DNA from: Terriglobia bacterium
GTDB lineage: Bacteria; Acidobacteriota; Terriglobia; 2-12-FULL-54-10
Length of the DNA stretch: 64,000 nt
Direction of reading: 5' to 3'
NCBI GenBank assembly: GCA_963666975.2
Contig: CAXVYR010000003.1
Coordinates: 1,056,001-1,120,000, forward strand
Shown: positions 1-9,988 of the stretch, in pieces
Layout of the letters: every line of letters starts with the position of its first letter
Position numbering within the stretch: the first letter of the stretch is position 1
Translations under genes and position numbers: made by a program
Notes under the pieces: generated by a model
Told to the model about the DNA's origin: nothing
Database searches by the model: none
Seen by the model: only the letters and a program-made list of their open reading frames with translations

Positions 1-1057
1 CGAGCAGGAGATCAGGGCCACCACGCTTCCACATACGATATACCTTGGCGTGCACACGGCGCGGGGCGAGCCGCTCGGAGGTGTCATCTCGTCCGTGCTT
101 GACGACCTCTCCCGGAAGGTAAGCCCATCGGGTCCCGTCCAACGCCGCGATTGCTTCGTATGTCGCTTTCGTGACCCGCGAAGCACCATTTAGCTCAGTG
201 GGCAGATAGACGCGAATCTCCCGAGGCCGCAGGGCATCGGCCAGATCGCGAAGCGGACCCTCATCCTGCGCATCAAAGTACGGTGAGATGACCTCCAGAT
301 TCAGGTCTTGTCTGTCGAGGTAGAGCTGCCGCAACCAATCGGAGAGCGTCTTCTGGCTCTGTCCTCCAAAGATGCGGGGGTGATACGTGCCGCCGGACTT
401 GTTCTTCCCAAACGAGTCACGTTGGGTCCGGCGCAGTAGAAACGCATTGATCTCGTCGAGGGCTGATTGGTCATCGGCATCGGCTGCTGACCGCCGAACT
501 CGTCGGATCAGCGACAGCAGGTCGAGTCGGAACGAGCACCGCTCGTCATTGATGTCCCGGTCCTTAATCTCCTCGATGTGCGCACATTCAACGTTTTCCC
601 ACCACCCAGCTCGCGTGAGATTGGCTGACAGGATTCCGACGACGAGGGCCTGTCGCGAGGGCTCGGCATCACTCCCATCGTCAGCTGCTTCCCCGCCAGC
701 CTCGTGGTGCTCGTCGACCAGCAGCAAGATCACCTTCGGGTGGAAATAGCCGGTGCGTCGACTGACATCGAGTCGTCGATAGTCCATCTGTGCCGGTTCT
801 CCGTCCTGTGCCAGCGCACGGCGGTCGTAGTATACGGCCAGGTGGTCGACGGTTCGAAGCGCGTCCTCGAGCTGCACGCGCCGCACTTTATCCGGCTGGC
901 TGAACGGTTGGTCGAACAAAACCGGAAGGATATTGAGCTCGAAGAACCCGGGGTCGAAGCTGAACGTCGTGAACACCACGCTTCGCACACGTCGGCCGTC
1001 GATGGCCTCAGCCACCTGCTCCGTGAGCACCTTCATCGGGATGACGGTCGATGGCAT
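1..1057 (-). CDS. PLD-superfamily (Tdp1/BfiI-like) nuclease with two HxK motifs; partial, runs off the left edge
   Basis: Read manually: open frame from ATG 1057 (or TTG 1063, overlapping the upstream TGA) to the window edge, MPSTVIPMKVLTEQ...FTTFSFDPGFFE...GYFHPKVILLL...ILSANLTRAGWWENVEC...VISPYFD...RVHAKVYRMW. HPK at 742-734, HAK at 52-44. Not in the ORF track because its stop lies outside the window. Confidence 0.85.
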   Translation of the reverse strand, partial: MPSTVIPMKVLTEQVAEAIDGRRVRSVVFTTFSFDPGFFELNILPVLFDQPFSQPDKVRRVQLEDALRTVDHLAVYYDRRALAQDGEPAQMDYRRLDVSRRTGYFHPKVILLLVDEHHEAGGEAADDGSDAEPSRQALVVGILSANLTRAGWWENVECAHIEEIKDRDINDERCSFRLDLLSLIRRVRRSAADADDQSALDEINAFLLRRTQRDSFGKNKSGGTYHPRIFGGQSQKTLSDWLRQLYLDRQDLNLEVISPYFDAQDEGPLRDLADALRPREIRVYLPTELNGASRVTKATYEAIAALDGTRWAYLPGEVVKHGRDDTSERLAPRRVHAKVYRMWKRGGPDLLL

Positions 1058-1059
1058 TG

Positions 1060-2337
1060 TCAATGCTTCAACTGCTGCGTGACGTCCTTCAGCGCATCAA
1101 TGAAGTAGCTATTCATCCACAGGTACGGGAGTTTGTCTTTGGCCGGCAGCAACTGCTCCGTCCCACGGTATCGGACGTCGAGCCGTCGCCCGTCCCCAAT
1201 CCGTGCCCAGGGAGCGCCCCCGCGTATTTGCATGATGGCCTCGTTCCAAGACAGGACTCCGTCGAGGGCGGTTTCGAAATCCCCTGCGTGCAGGGCCGCG
1301 TGAACCTGGTCCATCAAGGATCCAACGGCATCGGTCGAGGTCGATTGGATCTCGCTCAGCAACTCCTCAAAAGCTGCCCTGTCAAGATTCGGTACCTTCG
1401 AGCCCCACATGCGACGTATCTCCTCCGCGACGTTGGTGACCTGCTGCCCATGACGCGCGAGCAGGTGCTGAAACAGTGCCGCCGTTGGGGCCAGGAAGGC
1501 TTCCAGGTGCGCGATCCGGTCTAGCGACACGGATAGACCCTCATCCTGTCGCCGGGCTCGCTTTGCCAGGTGGAGAATTTCGGCTCGTCCGGCCAATTCT
1601 CCGAGCTCGGTGTCCGATTCCAACAGCCGTCGAAAACGTTCTTGACGACCCTCGTCGGCACCGGACACGTAGTGGCCATCCCGGAGATATGTGCCGTAGA
1701 ACTCCAGCTCGTCGGAAGTGAATCGAGGGTTGAGGATCGGGGTGAAAGCGGCAAAGACGGGATCCCGGTCGTTGGTACGAAGTCTCCCTCCTTGGGTGAG
1801 AAGCTTCCTGAGCTTCCCGGCTGAGCCGTTCAATCTGCTGATGTAGTGGCGCTCGATGAACTCGCGCCCGGCAGGCATGACGTCGAGTGCATCCTGTGGA
1901 ATCAAACCGGACGTTCGCGCGGGTACCGAGTACAAGCCCCACAAGCCATAGACCTTCTGATCGGACAAGATCATGCCCCGTCGGTCGGCGGCAATGACCA
2001 CGTTCCCGTGCTGTTCGTCCGTAAACCGCTGCACACGCTCAATGCCACGAATCTCCCCTTTGACACCGTGCGCCACATGCCGCACATACGCGCCGACCTG
2101 TTCCATCCGCAGGAAGATGTCGAGCGCATCTTCCCGATTTGCCATCCCCCGATCGAGGAGATCTGCCGCGAAGTAACGGCCGAGCAGGAGGACCGTGAAG
2201 CCACGGATCGATGTGCTCTGTGTCGTAAGGTTGGTGACGACGTGCCGACCGAACGCCGACCAGATGGGTTGGACGCCTAACGGATCACGGGAACCCTTGA
2301 TCTTGGCGTTGGGGTCTTCAAGGGTAAGGAACGGCAC
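1060..2337 (-). CDS. Uncharacterised 425-aa protein with N-terminal GSRDPLG motif (PLD partner, putative defence gene)
   Basis: Long ORF with GSRDPLGVQPIW and ILSDQKVYGLWGLYSVPARTSGLI motifs; its stop abuts the start of the PLD gene. Confidence 0.75.
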   Translation of the reverse strand: MPFLTLEDPNAKIKGSRDPLGVQPIWSAFGRHVVTNLTTQSTSIRGFTVLLLGRYFAADLLDRGMANREDALDIFLRMEQVGAYVRHVAHGVKGEIRGIERVQRFTDEQHGNVVIAADRRGMILSDQKVYGLWGLYSVPARTSGLIPQDALDVMPAGREFIERHYISRLNGSAGKLRKLLTQGGRLRTNDRDPVFAAFTPILNPRFTSDELEFYGTYLRDGHYVSGADEGRQERFRRLLESDTELGELAGRAEILHLAKRARRQDEGLSVSLDRIAHLEAFLAPTAALFQHLLARHGQQVTNVAEEIRRMWGSKVPNLDRAAFEELLSEIQSTSTDAVGSLMDQVHAALHAGDFETALDGVLSWNEAIMQIRGGAPWARIGDGRRLDVRYRGTEQLLPAKDKLPYLWMNSYFIDALKDVTQQLKH

Positions 2338-2394
2338 GGCAGGAATTGTACATCGTCAGACCAATCCGGATCAATGACCTCGTTTCGCAAAAAA

Positions 2395-2522
2395 CTTGCC
2401 ACTGGTTATCCGCTCGGGTCGGGCGAGGATCGCCGGCCGTCGGCCCTCATAGAGCTCATCCGGTGTCACGTTCCCCAATGCTTCGTGCAACCTCCGGTGG
2501 TTGTAGTCAGCGACGAACCTAA
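2395..2522 (-). pseudogene. IS3/IS481-type transposase integrase-core C-terminal remnant
   Basis: [27 protein letters not shown] matches the YN..R.H..L...TP end of rve-type domains; rest of the gene absent. Confidence 0.7.
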
Positions 2523-2674
2523 AAAGCATTTCCAGCATAAAGCTGCACCGGGAACTTGAAATCACCCAAAAATCAGCATAGCACTTGGCACACCGGATTC
2601 GCCGAGCATGGAAGGCGGGATCGGACACCCTGACCAGACCGAGGTTTTGTACCAAGCGTTGTGAGAGAGTTTAC

Positions 2675-4322
2675 CCCGCATTTCCAGTTTGAAATTGTAG
2701 AAGCAACTCTCGACTAACCTGCAACATCAATATTGATACTGGTTCCAGCATCAACATTGCCTTCCGGAGGTGTACACCCAATGGGTGAGAACCAAAAACA
2801 GGCGTTTCAACTGTCGTTTAACCGCTTTCTGCGGGTCGCATTTCACGGATCACGGGTCACTTCCGACGGAGGTCTGATTCTGGTGCGGGAGCTGGATGAA
2901 CGGTTGGGATTCGGCAAACTCATCGAACAACACCTGACGGACACTCGGGCAAAGAACACTCGGTTGCCCCTCACGGACCTTCTACGGCAGTCCGTGTACA
3001 GTCGCTTGGCTGGATACGAGGATGTGAACGATGCCGAGCATCTCTCCCAAGATCCGACGTTCCGGCTGATCGGTTCCGAGAAGAATTGGGATCGAGGGGC
3101 AGCCCTGCCATCCCGGTTGCAAACCTTCGAGACGGAGTTGCTGGCTGAAGAGGAGAACTTCGCGGGGCGAGCACGGCTGAACCGGGAACTGATCGGCAAG
3201 GCAGAGGTGTTGGGTTCGCCGTACCGAAAGGTGTTGGATATGGATTCGACCGAGATTCCGGTCTACGGCGAACAGGAGCAGAGCGCCTACAACGGGCACT
3301 TTGAGTCCACCTGTTACCATCCCCTATTGCTGTTCAACCGCGAGGGCGACTGTCTGGCAGTCAAGCTCCGTGCCGGCAATGTTCACAGCGCGGAGAGTTG
3401 GGAAGAGTTGCTGCTGCCGGAGATTGAACGCCAGCAACGGATGGGGAACGAAATTGTGTTTCGGGCTGACGCGGCCTTTGCCAAGCCAGAGGTTTACGAA
3501 GCTCTGGAGGAACGCGGCGTGAAGTATGCCATGCGCATCCCGGCCAACGACAGCCTACAGCGGGACATTGAGGAGTTGCTGACTCGGCCGGTGGGTAGAC
3601 CGAGCAAGAAGCCGTTAGTGGAATTCAAGGGCTTTCTATACCAAGCGGCCAGTTGGAAGACAGCACGCAGGGTGGTGGCCAAGGTGGAGCATCACCCAGG
3701 GGAGCTGTTCCCGCGAGTAGGATTCATTGTGACGAACTTGACGCTTCCGAGTCGGGTGGTGGTGCGGTTTTACAACAAGCGCGGTACAGCGGAGCAGTGG
3801 ATCAAAGAAGGAAAGCAAGCGGTGAAGATGACGCGGCTCAGCTGCCCCAGGTTCCGATCCAACGAGGTTCGGCTGTGGCTGACCATCATTGCCTATAACC
3901 TGGGAAACCTTTGGCGGCGATTGGTGCTGCCGAAGAGAATCGGCAACTGGTCCTTGACCAGCTTGCAGCAGCGATTGGTCAAAACCGGAGGACGCCTGAT
4001 TAAACATGCCCGCTATTATTGGTTGTTGTTAGCGGAGAGCCACCTGACTCGGCGGCTGTTTGCCAGCATGCTGGGGCGGATAGATGGGCTGTCGCTTCCG
4101 TCTGGATAGCCTAGCCTGCGGCACCCAAGAAAATGATTCCGATATCCCACAGGAATGGAGAGGTGTTTGAAAAAGCTGGTTCTGGAAGCCGGGCCGAGAG
4201 TTCTTGGGGACGCGAAAAGGGCGGCTGGGAGCCGATGGCCCTCTCGGAGGAAAAATTGTGCTCGGTAGGATGCACATGGATGTACACTTTTAACCGCCGG
4301 GAGGCCAAAAAGTTAATTCCGG
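2675..4322 (+). mobile_element. IS1380-family insertion sequence, apparently complete
   Basis: Left end CCCGCATTTCCAGTTTG, right end CAAAAAGTTAATTCCGG (imperfect IR); flanked by a 5-bp direct repeat TTTAC (2670-2674 and 4323-4327). Confidence 0.85.
2781..4109 (+). CDS. IS1380-family DDE transposase
   Basis: VTSDGGLILVRELDERLG, GYEDVND, LDMDST, RADAAF, FYNKRGTAEQWIKEGK; GGAGG RBS before ATG 2781. Confidence 0.92.
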   Translation: MGENQKQAFQLSFNRFLRVAFHGSRVTSDGGLILVRELDERLGFGKLIEQHLTDTRAKNTRLPLTDLLRQSVYSRLAGYEDVNDAEHLSQDPTFRLIGSEKNWDRGAALPSRLQTFETELLAEEENFAGRARLNRELIGKAEVLGSPYRKVLDMDSTEIPVYGEQEQSAYNGHFESTCYHPLLLFNREGDCLAVKLRAGNVHSAESWEELLLPEIERQQRMGNEIVFRADAAFAKPEVYEALEERGVKYAMRIPANDSLQRDIEELLTRPVGRPSKKPLVEFKGFLYQAASWKTARRVVAKVEHHPGELFPRVGFIVTNLTLPSRVVVRFYNKRGTAEQWIKEGKQAVKMTRLSCPRFRSNEVRLWLTIIAYNLGNLWRRLVLPKRIGNWSLTSLQQRLVKTGGRLIKHARYYWLLLAESHLTRRLFASMLGRIDGLSLPSG

Positions 4323-4369
4323 TTTACATGACAGCCTGTGGTTGTGAAACTGGTTTTGGGGGAGGGAAT

Positions 4370-4518
4370 TGACCGGCCCTTGGTTTTTGATCCAACGGTA
4401 AGGTGAGTTTTGCGGCAGAATCTGGAAGCTAGAGGAGGGGATTTTGCCGTGGATAAGAAGCGTTTTACAGTGGAACGGATCGTGGGGATTCTGAACAGGC
4501 AGAAGTAGGGGTATCGGT
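4370..4518 (+). pseudogene. IS3-family (IS407-like) left end and degenerate orfA start
   Basis: TG-started IR-like TGACCGGCCCTTGGTTTTTGATCCA, GGAGG RBS, then GTG 4449 encoding KKRFTVERIVGILN followed by a frameshift/stop. Confidence 0.6.
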
Positions 4519-4519
4519 A

Positions 4520-4541
4520 CCGTATCAAAACCGTATCAAAA
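4520..4541 (+). repeat. 11-bp tandem repeat CCGTATCAAAA x2, probable integrase arm-type sites
   Basis: Exact tandem copy about 110 bp inside the tRNA fragment. Confidence 0.55.
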
Positions 4542-4649
4542 CCCTATATTCGGCAGCGATTGGGGTTGCTGACTGAGCGAAAGCAGGCTCCCCAAGTTAG
4601 TGATAATACAAGGAATCGGATGGAAGCAATGTAACCGAAAGAAGGACTT

Positions 4650-4702
<53 letters not shown>

Positions 4703-4773
4703 TTCTAACAGCCGGTAACAGGAAGTGCTGCGCTTCGCCGAATCAGTCTATGCCAAAGCGATGGAAAAGACGC

Positions 4774-5598
4774 ATGAACATGCATGACCGCTGGGCGCAA
4801 CGCCGGAACATAACGCTCAAGGCGGCCGCCGCCGGATTGATCGTCTGTCTCCTGGCCGGAATCGCCAGCAGCCAAACGAGGAACCGGAGCCGCGATGCAC
4901 AGGCGGATCCGCCCGAGGCTGAGTTCCATATGGCGCGCATGATTTATTGGGGGCTTGGCGGCGCGGGTTCCAGGGGGTTCATCAATCCCTGGTGGGCCAT
5001 CGACTACCCAATGGCCGAAGCGCATTTCTTGCCGGCGCTGCGCCGGCTGACCAACCTGTCGGTAGCCGATGACAGCCGGCATCTGGCAGTGACCGATGAG
5101 CGTATTTTCGATTATCCATTTTTGTTCGTGCAGCAGGTCGGGCAGGGAAACTGGCGTCCCAGTAGCCAGGAAGCCGCGCGCCTGCGAGAATATCTGCTGC
5201 GGGGCGGGTTTCTGCTGGTCGATGACTTTCATGGCGAGCGTGACTGGTCCGTATTTCAGGCAGCCATTCAACGGGTGTTGCCGGACCGGCCGATCGTCGA
5301 GATCCCGGAGGACGACCCGCTCATGCACGTTTTCTTTGACTTGGACCAGCGCACCCAAATTCCTGGGCAACGGCACTTGCGTTGGAGCCGGGGAGGCCAG
5401 ATCGTTGCGCAAATGGCGGGGCGTCCGCATTGGCGCGGCATATACGACGATCGCGGCCGCCTGATGGTCGCCATCAATTTCAATATGGATATGGGCGATG
5501 CCTGGGAGCATGCGGACGACCCCTATTATCCGGGCCCCATGACCGCACTTGCGTATAGCCTAGGCGTGAACTATGTCATCTATGCGATGACTCATTGA
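4774..5598 (+). CDS. DUF4159-domain secreted protein
   Basis: Signal peptide; WAIDYP, LREYLLRGGFLLVDDFHG, NMDMGDAWEHAD, GVNYVIYAMTH. Confidence 0.8.
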   Translation: MNMHDRWAQRRNITLKAAAAGLIVCLLAGIASSQTRNRSRDAQADPPEAEFHMARMIYWGLGGAGSRGFINPWWAIDYPMAEAHFLPALRRLTNLSVADDSRHLAVTDERIFDYPFLFVQQVGQGNWRPSSQEAARLREYLLRGGFLLVDDFHGERDWSVFQAAIQRVLPDRPIVEIPEDDPLMHVFFDLDQRTQIPGQRHLRWSRGGQIVAQMAGRPHWRGIYDDRGRLMVAINFNMDMGDAWEHADDPYYPGPMTALAYSLGVNYVIYAMTH

Positions 5599-5721
5599 AA
5601 AAGATCCCGATCCCTGCTGGCTTTCTGCGCTTTGTGACATAACCAGGCTTAAGATACCAACTGTGACGCAGGACTATGTAGAAGTACAGGGGAATGGGAG
5701 TGCGCTGAAACCCCTGAGGAA

Positions 5722-7089
5722 TCATTCCAGGGGGCGGTGTTTGAACTGCTTGAAGCCTTTGCTGTAATCGGCTACCGCGTGGCCGTCGCCGAACAGCTTG
5801 TACTTGTAGGTTGTGAGGCCTTCCAGACCCACCGGGCCGCGCGCATGCAGCTTGCCGTTGCTGACGCCCAGCTCGGCTCCCAGTCCATAGCGGAAGCCGT
5901 CAGCAAAGCGCGTGGAGGCATTGTGAAACACCCCGGCGGCGTCCACCTCCGACAGAAACCGCGCTGCGGTTTCGGCGTCCTCCGTAATGATCGCTTCCGT
6001 GTGGCGTGATCCGTATTGATTGATGTGTGCGATGGCCTCATCGGCGCCGGCGACGATTTTGACCGAGAGGATCAGGTCGCAATACTCTGTCGCCCAATCC
6101 TGCTCCGTCGCGGGAACGGCCTCCGGATCGCCGAGCAGCGCCAGAGTCTTCGGGCAGCCGCGCACCTCCACCCCCGCTTCCCGCAACATCGAAAACATTT
6201 TCGGCAGAAATTCAGCGGCAATTTCCTGATGGACGAGCAGCGTCTCTGCGGCATTGCAAATCGCCGGACCCTGCACCTTGGCATCGAAGGCGACGCGCAG
6301 GGCCTTCTCCAGGCTGGCGGCGCGGTCCACGTACACATGACAGATCCCTTCCCCGTGACCGAGAACCGGGATGCGGCTGTTCTGAGCAACAAACTCGACC
6401 AGCTCCTTCGATCCTCGCGGAATAATTAAATCCACGTCATGGTCGAGCCTCAGAAGCTCCCTAACATCGGCTCGCGTGTGAAGCAGTTGGACGGAATCCC
6501 GCGGGACCGAGGGAAAGCCAGGCAGGCAGTTTTGCCAGATGGATACAATCGCTTCGTTCGTGTGCTTCGCCTCCCTCCCTCCCTTCAGAATCACGGCGTT
6601 GCCTGATTTGAGCGCCAGGGAAGCAACTTGCGGCACGACATCCGGCCGGGATTCAAAAACAATCCCGACCACTCCAAGGGGACATGACTCCTTATAGAGC
6701 ACGAGCCCATCGTCTAATTCCGTAGCGGCCAGACGGCGGCCCAGCGGGTCTGGCAGACGGACCACGTCGCGAATGCGAGCCGCCATTTCGCCGACCCCGC
6801 GCTCGCTCACTCGAAGGCGCGCCAGCATCGCCGAAGACATTTTTCCCGCTGCCACCGCCGGCTCCGCCTCGCGGCAATCGATTGCGTTGGCTTCGAGGAT
6901 GCTCTGTCCGGCATCCTCGATTGCTTTGGCGGCAGCTATCAACACTTCATTGCGACACTCATTCGATAGTTTCACAAGGGCGCGGGAAGCGGCCCTGGCC
7001 CGGCTGGCAATGCCAGCAACGCCCGCCGGCGAAGAGTCTTTGCGAGAATCTTTGAGAGAGTCTGTCAATTTCTGGGAAGTTGCCGTCAT
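5722..7089 (-). CDS. proA: Gamma-glutamyl phosphate reductase
   Basis: PLGVVGIVFESRP, LIIPRGS, GICHVYVD, CNAAETLLVH, NASTRFADG, LHARGPVGL. Confidence 0.96.
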   Translation of the reverse strand: MTATSQKLTDSLKDSRKDSSPAGVAGIASRARAASRALVKLSNECRNEVLIAAAKAIEDAGQSILEANAIDCREAEPAVAAGKMSSAMLARLRVSERGVGEMAARIRDVVRLPDPLGRRLAATELDDGLVLYKESCPLGVVGIVFESRPDVVPQVASLALKSGNAVILKGGREAKHTNEAIVSIWQNCLPGFPSVPRDSVQLLHTRADVRELLRLDHDVDLIIPRGSKELVEFVAQNSRIPVLGHGEGICHVYVDRAASLEKALRVAFDAKVQGPAICNAAETLLVHQEIAAEFLPKMFSMLREAGVEVRGCPKTLALLGDPEAVPATEQDWATEYCDLILSVKIVAGADEAIAHINQYGSRHTEAIITEDAETAARFLSEVDAAGVFHNASTRFADGFRYGLGAELGVSNGKLHARGPVGLEGLTTYKYKLFGDGHAVADYSKGFKQFKHRPLE

Positions 7090-8285
7090 TTCTGTACCAA
7101 CACGATATTATCACGCTTGACAACAACGCGCGGCGCAGAAGCGCCTCGCCCCTGGCCCGCCGAAGCGCTCCTCTTGCCCAGCAGTTCTTCCGCCTCATGG
7201 CTTGCGCAGCTTGCCATGCCCCGCGCCAACTCGCGTCCATTCCGGTCAACGATACGGACCACGTCCTTGGCTGCAAAATGACTCTCGATGCGCACGATAC
7301 CCGATGTCAGCAAGCTCGCTTTGCCTTGCGAGATCGCGTGTTGCGCGCCTGCATCCACCACAATCCGCCCTTGCACGCCGGCCGCGAAAGCAATCCAGCG
7401 CCGTTTACCGCGCATGCGCTTCAACGACAAAAAAGCCGTGCCGACTCGCTCGCCGGAAAAAATACGGTCCAAAACGCCTGCGGTGTGGCTGCTTGCGATG
7501 ACGGCTGTGCCCCCGCAATGCATCGCAACCTCCGCAGCCTCCAGCTTCGTTAACATCCCGCCGCGCCCCCTCTCGGAAGGGCCGGTGGCACGGGCTTTCA
7601 GTTCCGGCGTGATTTCATCAATCAGCGGAATGACCTCCGGTCCGGGGATGTCCTGATGTTGATGGGGTCCCGCAGGCCGCTTTCGGATAAAACCGTCCAC
7701 GTTCGTCAAGAGCACAAGACTGTCGGCTCCCAGTCCGCTCATCACCAATGCGGCAAGACGGTCGTTGTCGCTGAAGGCGGCGGTTCGCGGACCGGCGTCG
7801 ACCGCTGCCAGCTCGGCGGTCGAGACCGTGTCGTTCTCATTGACGATGGGAAGCACTCCGAATTGGAGCAGCTTTTCGATGGTGTGCCGGAGATTCGAGT
7901 ACCGGCGCCAATTCGTAAAATCTTCCTCCGTCAGCAGGACCTGAGCGACTTTGATCTCCCAGGCGGAAAACAGCCGCGTGTATGCGTCCATGAGCAAACT
8001 TTGGCCGACAGCGGCACACGCCTGCTTCGTCACCAAGTCGCGCAACCGTGATTGGTGCAGGCCGAGCCGGGCTCTGCCCAATTCCACCGCGCCGGAGGAT
8101 ACGAGAACCACCTGCCTTCCGGTTTTCATCAATCCGGCAATCGAACGCACAATCCGCTCTACGCTCTCCGTACCGAGATCGCCCTCCAACCCGGTTACCG
8201 TGCTGGTCCCGAGTTTGATGACGATTCTCCGCGCGGCCCGCAGACGCTTTTCTCGTTCGGCCTCCAGCTTATTTTCTTCCTGCAC
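7086..8285 (-). CDS. proB: Glutamate 5-kinase with PUA domain
   Basis: IVIKLGTS, VSSGAV, AAVGQ, PIVNENDTV, DNDRLAA, GGMLTKLEAA; ATGA overlap with proA. Confidence 0.95.
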   Translation of the reverse strand: MQEENKLEAEREKRLRAARRIVIKLGTSTVTGLEGDLGTESVERIVRSIAGLMKTGRQVVLVSSGAVELGRARLGLHQSRLRDLVTKQACAAVGQSLLMDAYTRLFSAWEIKVAQVLLTEEDFTNWRRYSNLRHTIEKLLQFGVLPIVNENDTVSTAELAAVDAGPRTAAFSDNDRLAALVMSGLGADSLVLLTNVDGFIRKRPAGPHQHQDIPGPEVIPLIDEITPELKARATGPSERGRGGMLTKLEAAEVAMHCGGTAVIASSHTAGVLDRIFSGERVGTAFLSLKRMRGKRRWIAFAAGVQGRIVVDAGAQHAISQGKASLLTSGIVRIESHFAAKDVVRIVDRNGRELARGMASCASHEAEELLGKRSASAGQGRGASAPRVVVKRDNIVLVQK

Positions 8286-8355
8286 GCATCACCTCGACAG
8301 AACCGCATGGCGCACAGTCGCCACGGATGGCTGTTTGTTCTGGACTGCGCCCCAG

Positions 8356-8886
8356 CTAGCTTACGCCCACCGCTCCGATGTCCGAAGCAAAGAAAACTGC
8401 AACCCACACAAGAAGTATAGCTCTGCATGCTTGTTGCGGTCGCATGTCTTCCAAGGGAGCGCAGCGCGGAACCTTCTGCACAGAAGGCAGCGGATTGGGG
8501 CGATCTTTGCAAATAGGAGGATCCATTTCGCCTACCTGCTTCTGCCCCTTCGGGAAAAAATGGGAGCCATAGCTGTAGATGTGGTTGTGGGTTTCGACCA
8601 GCCCGGGAATCACCGTCCGTCCATCCAGATCGATTCTCCGGGTGCTCGGACCCGCGAACTCCAGGGCTTCTTCATTGCTTCCCACGACAACGAATTTTTC
8701 ATTGTAGACGGCTGCTGCCTGGGCGACGGTGAAGTCGTTCAGATCGGCGGTATCCGCCGTGAGGATTTTACCGTTGATCATCACCATGTCCGCTTCCAGG
8801 CCTGCCGCCAGAGCCCCGCGGCTCGCAAGCAAAGAAAGCACCCCAAGAACCAGCATGCAGAAAAAACCGATTCTCAGCTTCGTCAT
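8356..8886 (-). pseudogene. Truncated amidohydrolase-3 (YtcJ-like) N-terminus
   Basis: Signal peptide, INGKILT, IDLDGRTVIPGLVETHNH, then divergent sequence; full-length family members are much longer. Confidence 0.65.
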
Positions 8887-8948
8887 GGTCCATCCTCCTG
8901 ATCTTTCTGATCTTTGCAAAAAAAAGTTGTGATGCGGTTGTAATACCC

Positions 8949-9080
8949 TTGTCATTCCCCATTCCGAGCAACGCGAGGAACTGCTGGTTACCGCAGTGTC
9001 TTGAAAGACAAGCAGATTCCTCAGGCCGGCAAAAACCTCGGCCCCTTCAGCAAGCTCAGGGCATGCCCTCGGAATGACAA
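8949..9080. repeat. Palindromic intergenic repeat (GTCATT...GAGGAA / TTCCTC...GGAATGAC type)
   Basis: TTGTCATTCC...CGAGGAA and GATTCCTC...CTCGGAATGACAA arms; related copy at 16262-16345. Confidence 0.6.
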
Positions 9081-9178
9081 GCCGGGCAGGTTTTCCAACA
9101 ATGTCTTACATCGTTGCGTGGCCATGCGAATCGACCGGCTGAAGCTGGCGTCTTAATGGGTAAAGAAGAAGCAACCGA

Positions 9179-9766
9179 TCACCGGGATCTCCTCTTCGAG
9201 CCCAAACAGCCTACCTGTCCGTCTCTTTCTTCGGCTATTTCCACAGGCTCCCCTTCCATAGTGGTCGCTTTGGCGTTTTTCAATTCCAGCGCAATCGTGC
9301 CTTCTGCGGCATTCGCGGAGACCCTAAATTTGAGATAAGCCGGAATACCGGGCCAGATCGGCTTCTCGCCGGAGACCGTTACCTCCAGCAGGGAAACCTT
9401 GTCATCGTCAGGGTCCGCCTTCTCCGTAGCCTGGACGTTTGCGTACGACAGTTCGCCCGACAGCCCTAGTTCGACGTCCACAAAGGAAAGCGCATCTTTC
9501 GGGTAACTGACTTCTCCCCCCACCCTGTTGACTTGCGGCTCATCGTCCTTGGTTAAGGTCAGCGGAATGTCGATCGGCTCGCCTGGCTTGGCTGTCGAAA
9601 GCCCCACATTCAGCTTCACTGCCTGTCCAGTCTCCTCTGCCTGCATCGCAGACGCGGTTTGCGCAGGCAGGCCCATACGAACCCGAAGGTCCAGACACAA
9701 ACCGCTACTCGCTGCAAACGCTTTGCTGTGTTGGTCACCTTCCTCCTGATTGGGCGAAGCCCTCAA
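9179..9766 (-). CDS. Hypothetical beta-sandwich (cohesin-like) protein, possibly degenerate
   Basis: AKPGEPIDIPLTL, VSYPKDALSFVDV, LKFRVSANA pattern of cohesin-like domains; start uncertain. Confidence 0.45.
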   Translation of the reverse strand: MRASPNQEEGDQHSKAFAASSGLCLDLRVRMGLPAQTASAMQAEETGQAVKLNVGLSTAKPGEPIDIPLTLTKDDEPQVNRVGGEVSYPKDALSFVDVELGLSGELSYANVQATEKADPDDDKVSLLEVTVSGEKPIWPGIPAYLKFRVSANAAEGTIALELKNAKATTMEGEPVEIAEERDGQVGCLGSKRRSR

Positions 9767-9988
9767 TCACCGCAGTTTACCGCAGAGCGCACCGTCAATC
9801 CAGACTGGACCGCCACTTCTTGCAAACAGTTGGCCAAAATTCCAGCTCAGCGCAGTGATACGGTCCACCGCTTCCTAATGAGTCTCCCTTCGCTGCCGAA
9901 ATCTGGGTAAAATGGTGGCTTCAGAGACAGATCAATGCCATACGGATCAAAGTGTTTTTAGCGCTGCTTTGGGCGAAAGGAGTCCTGT

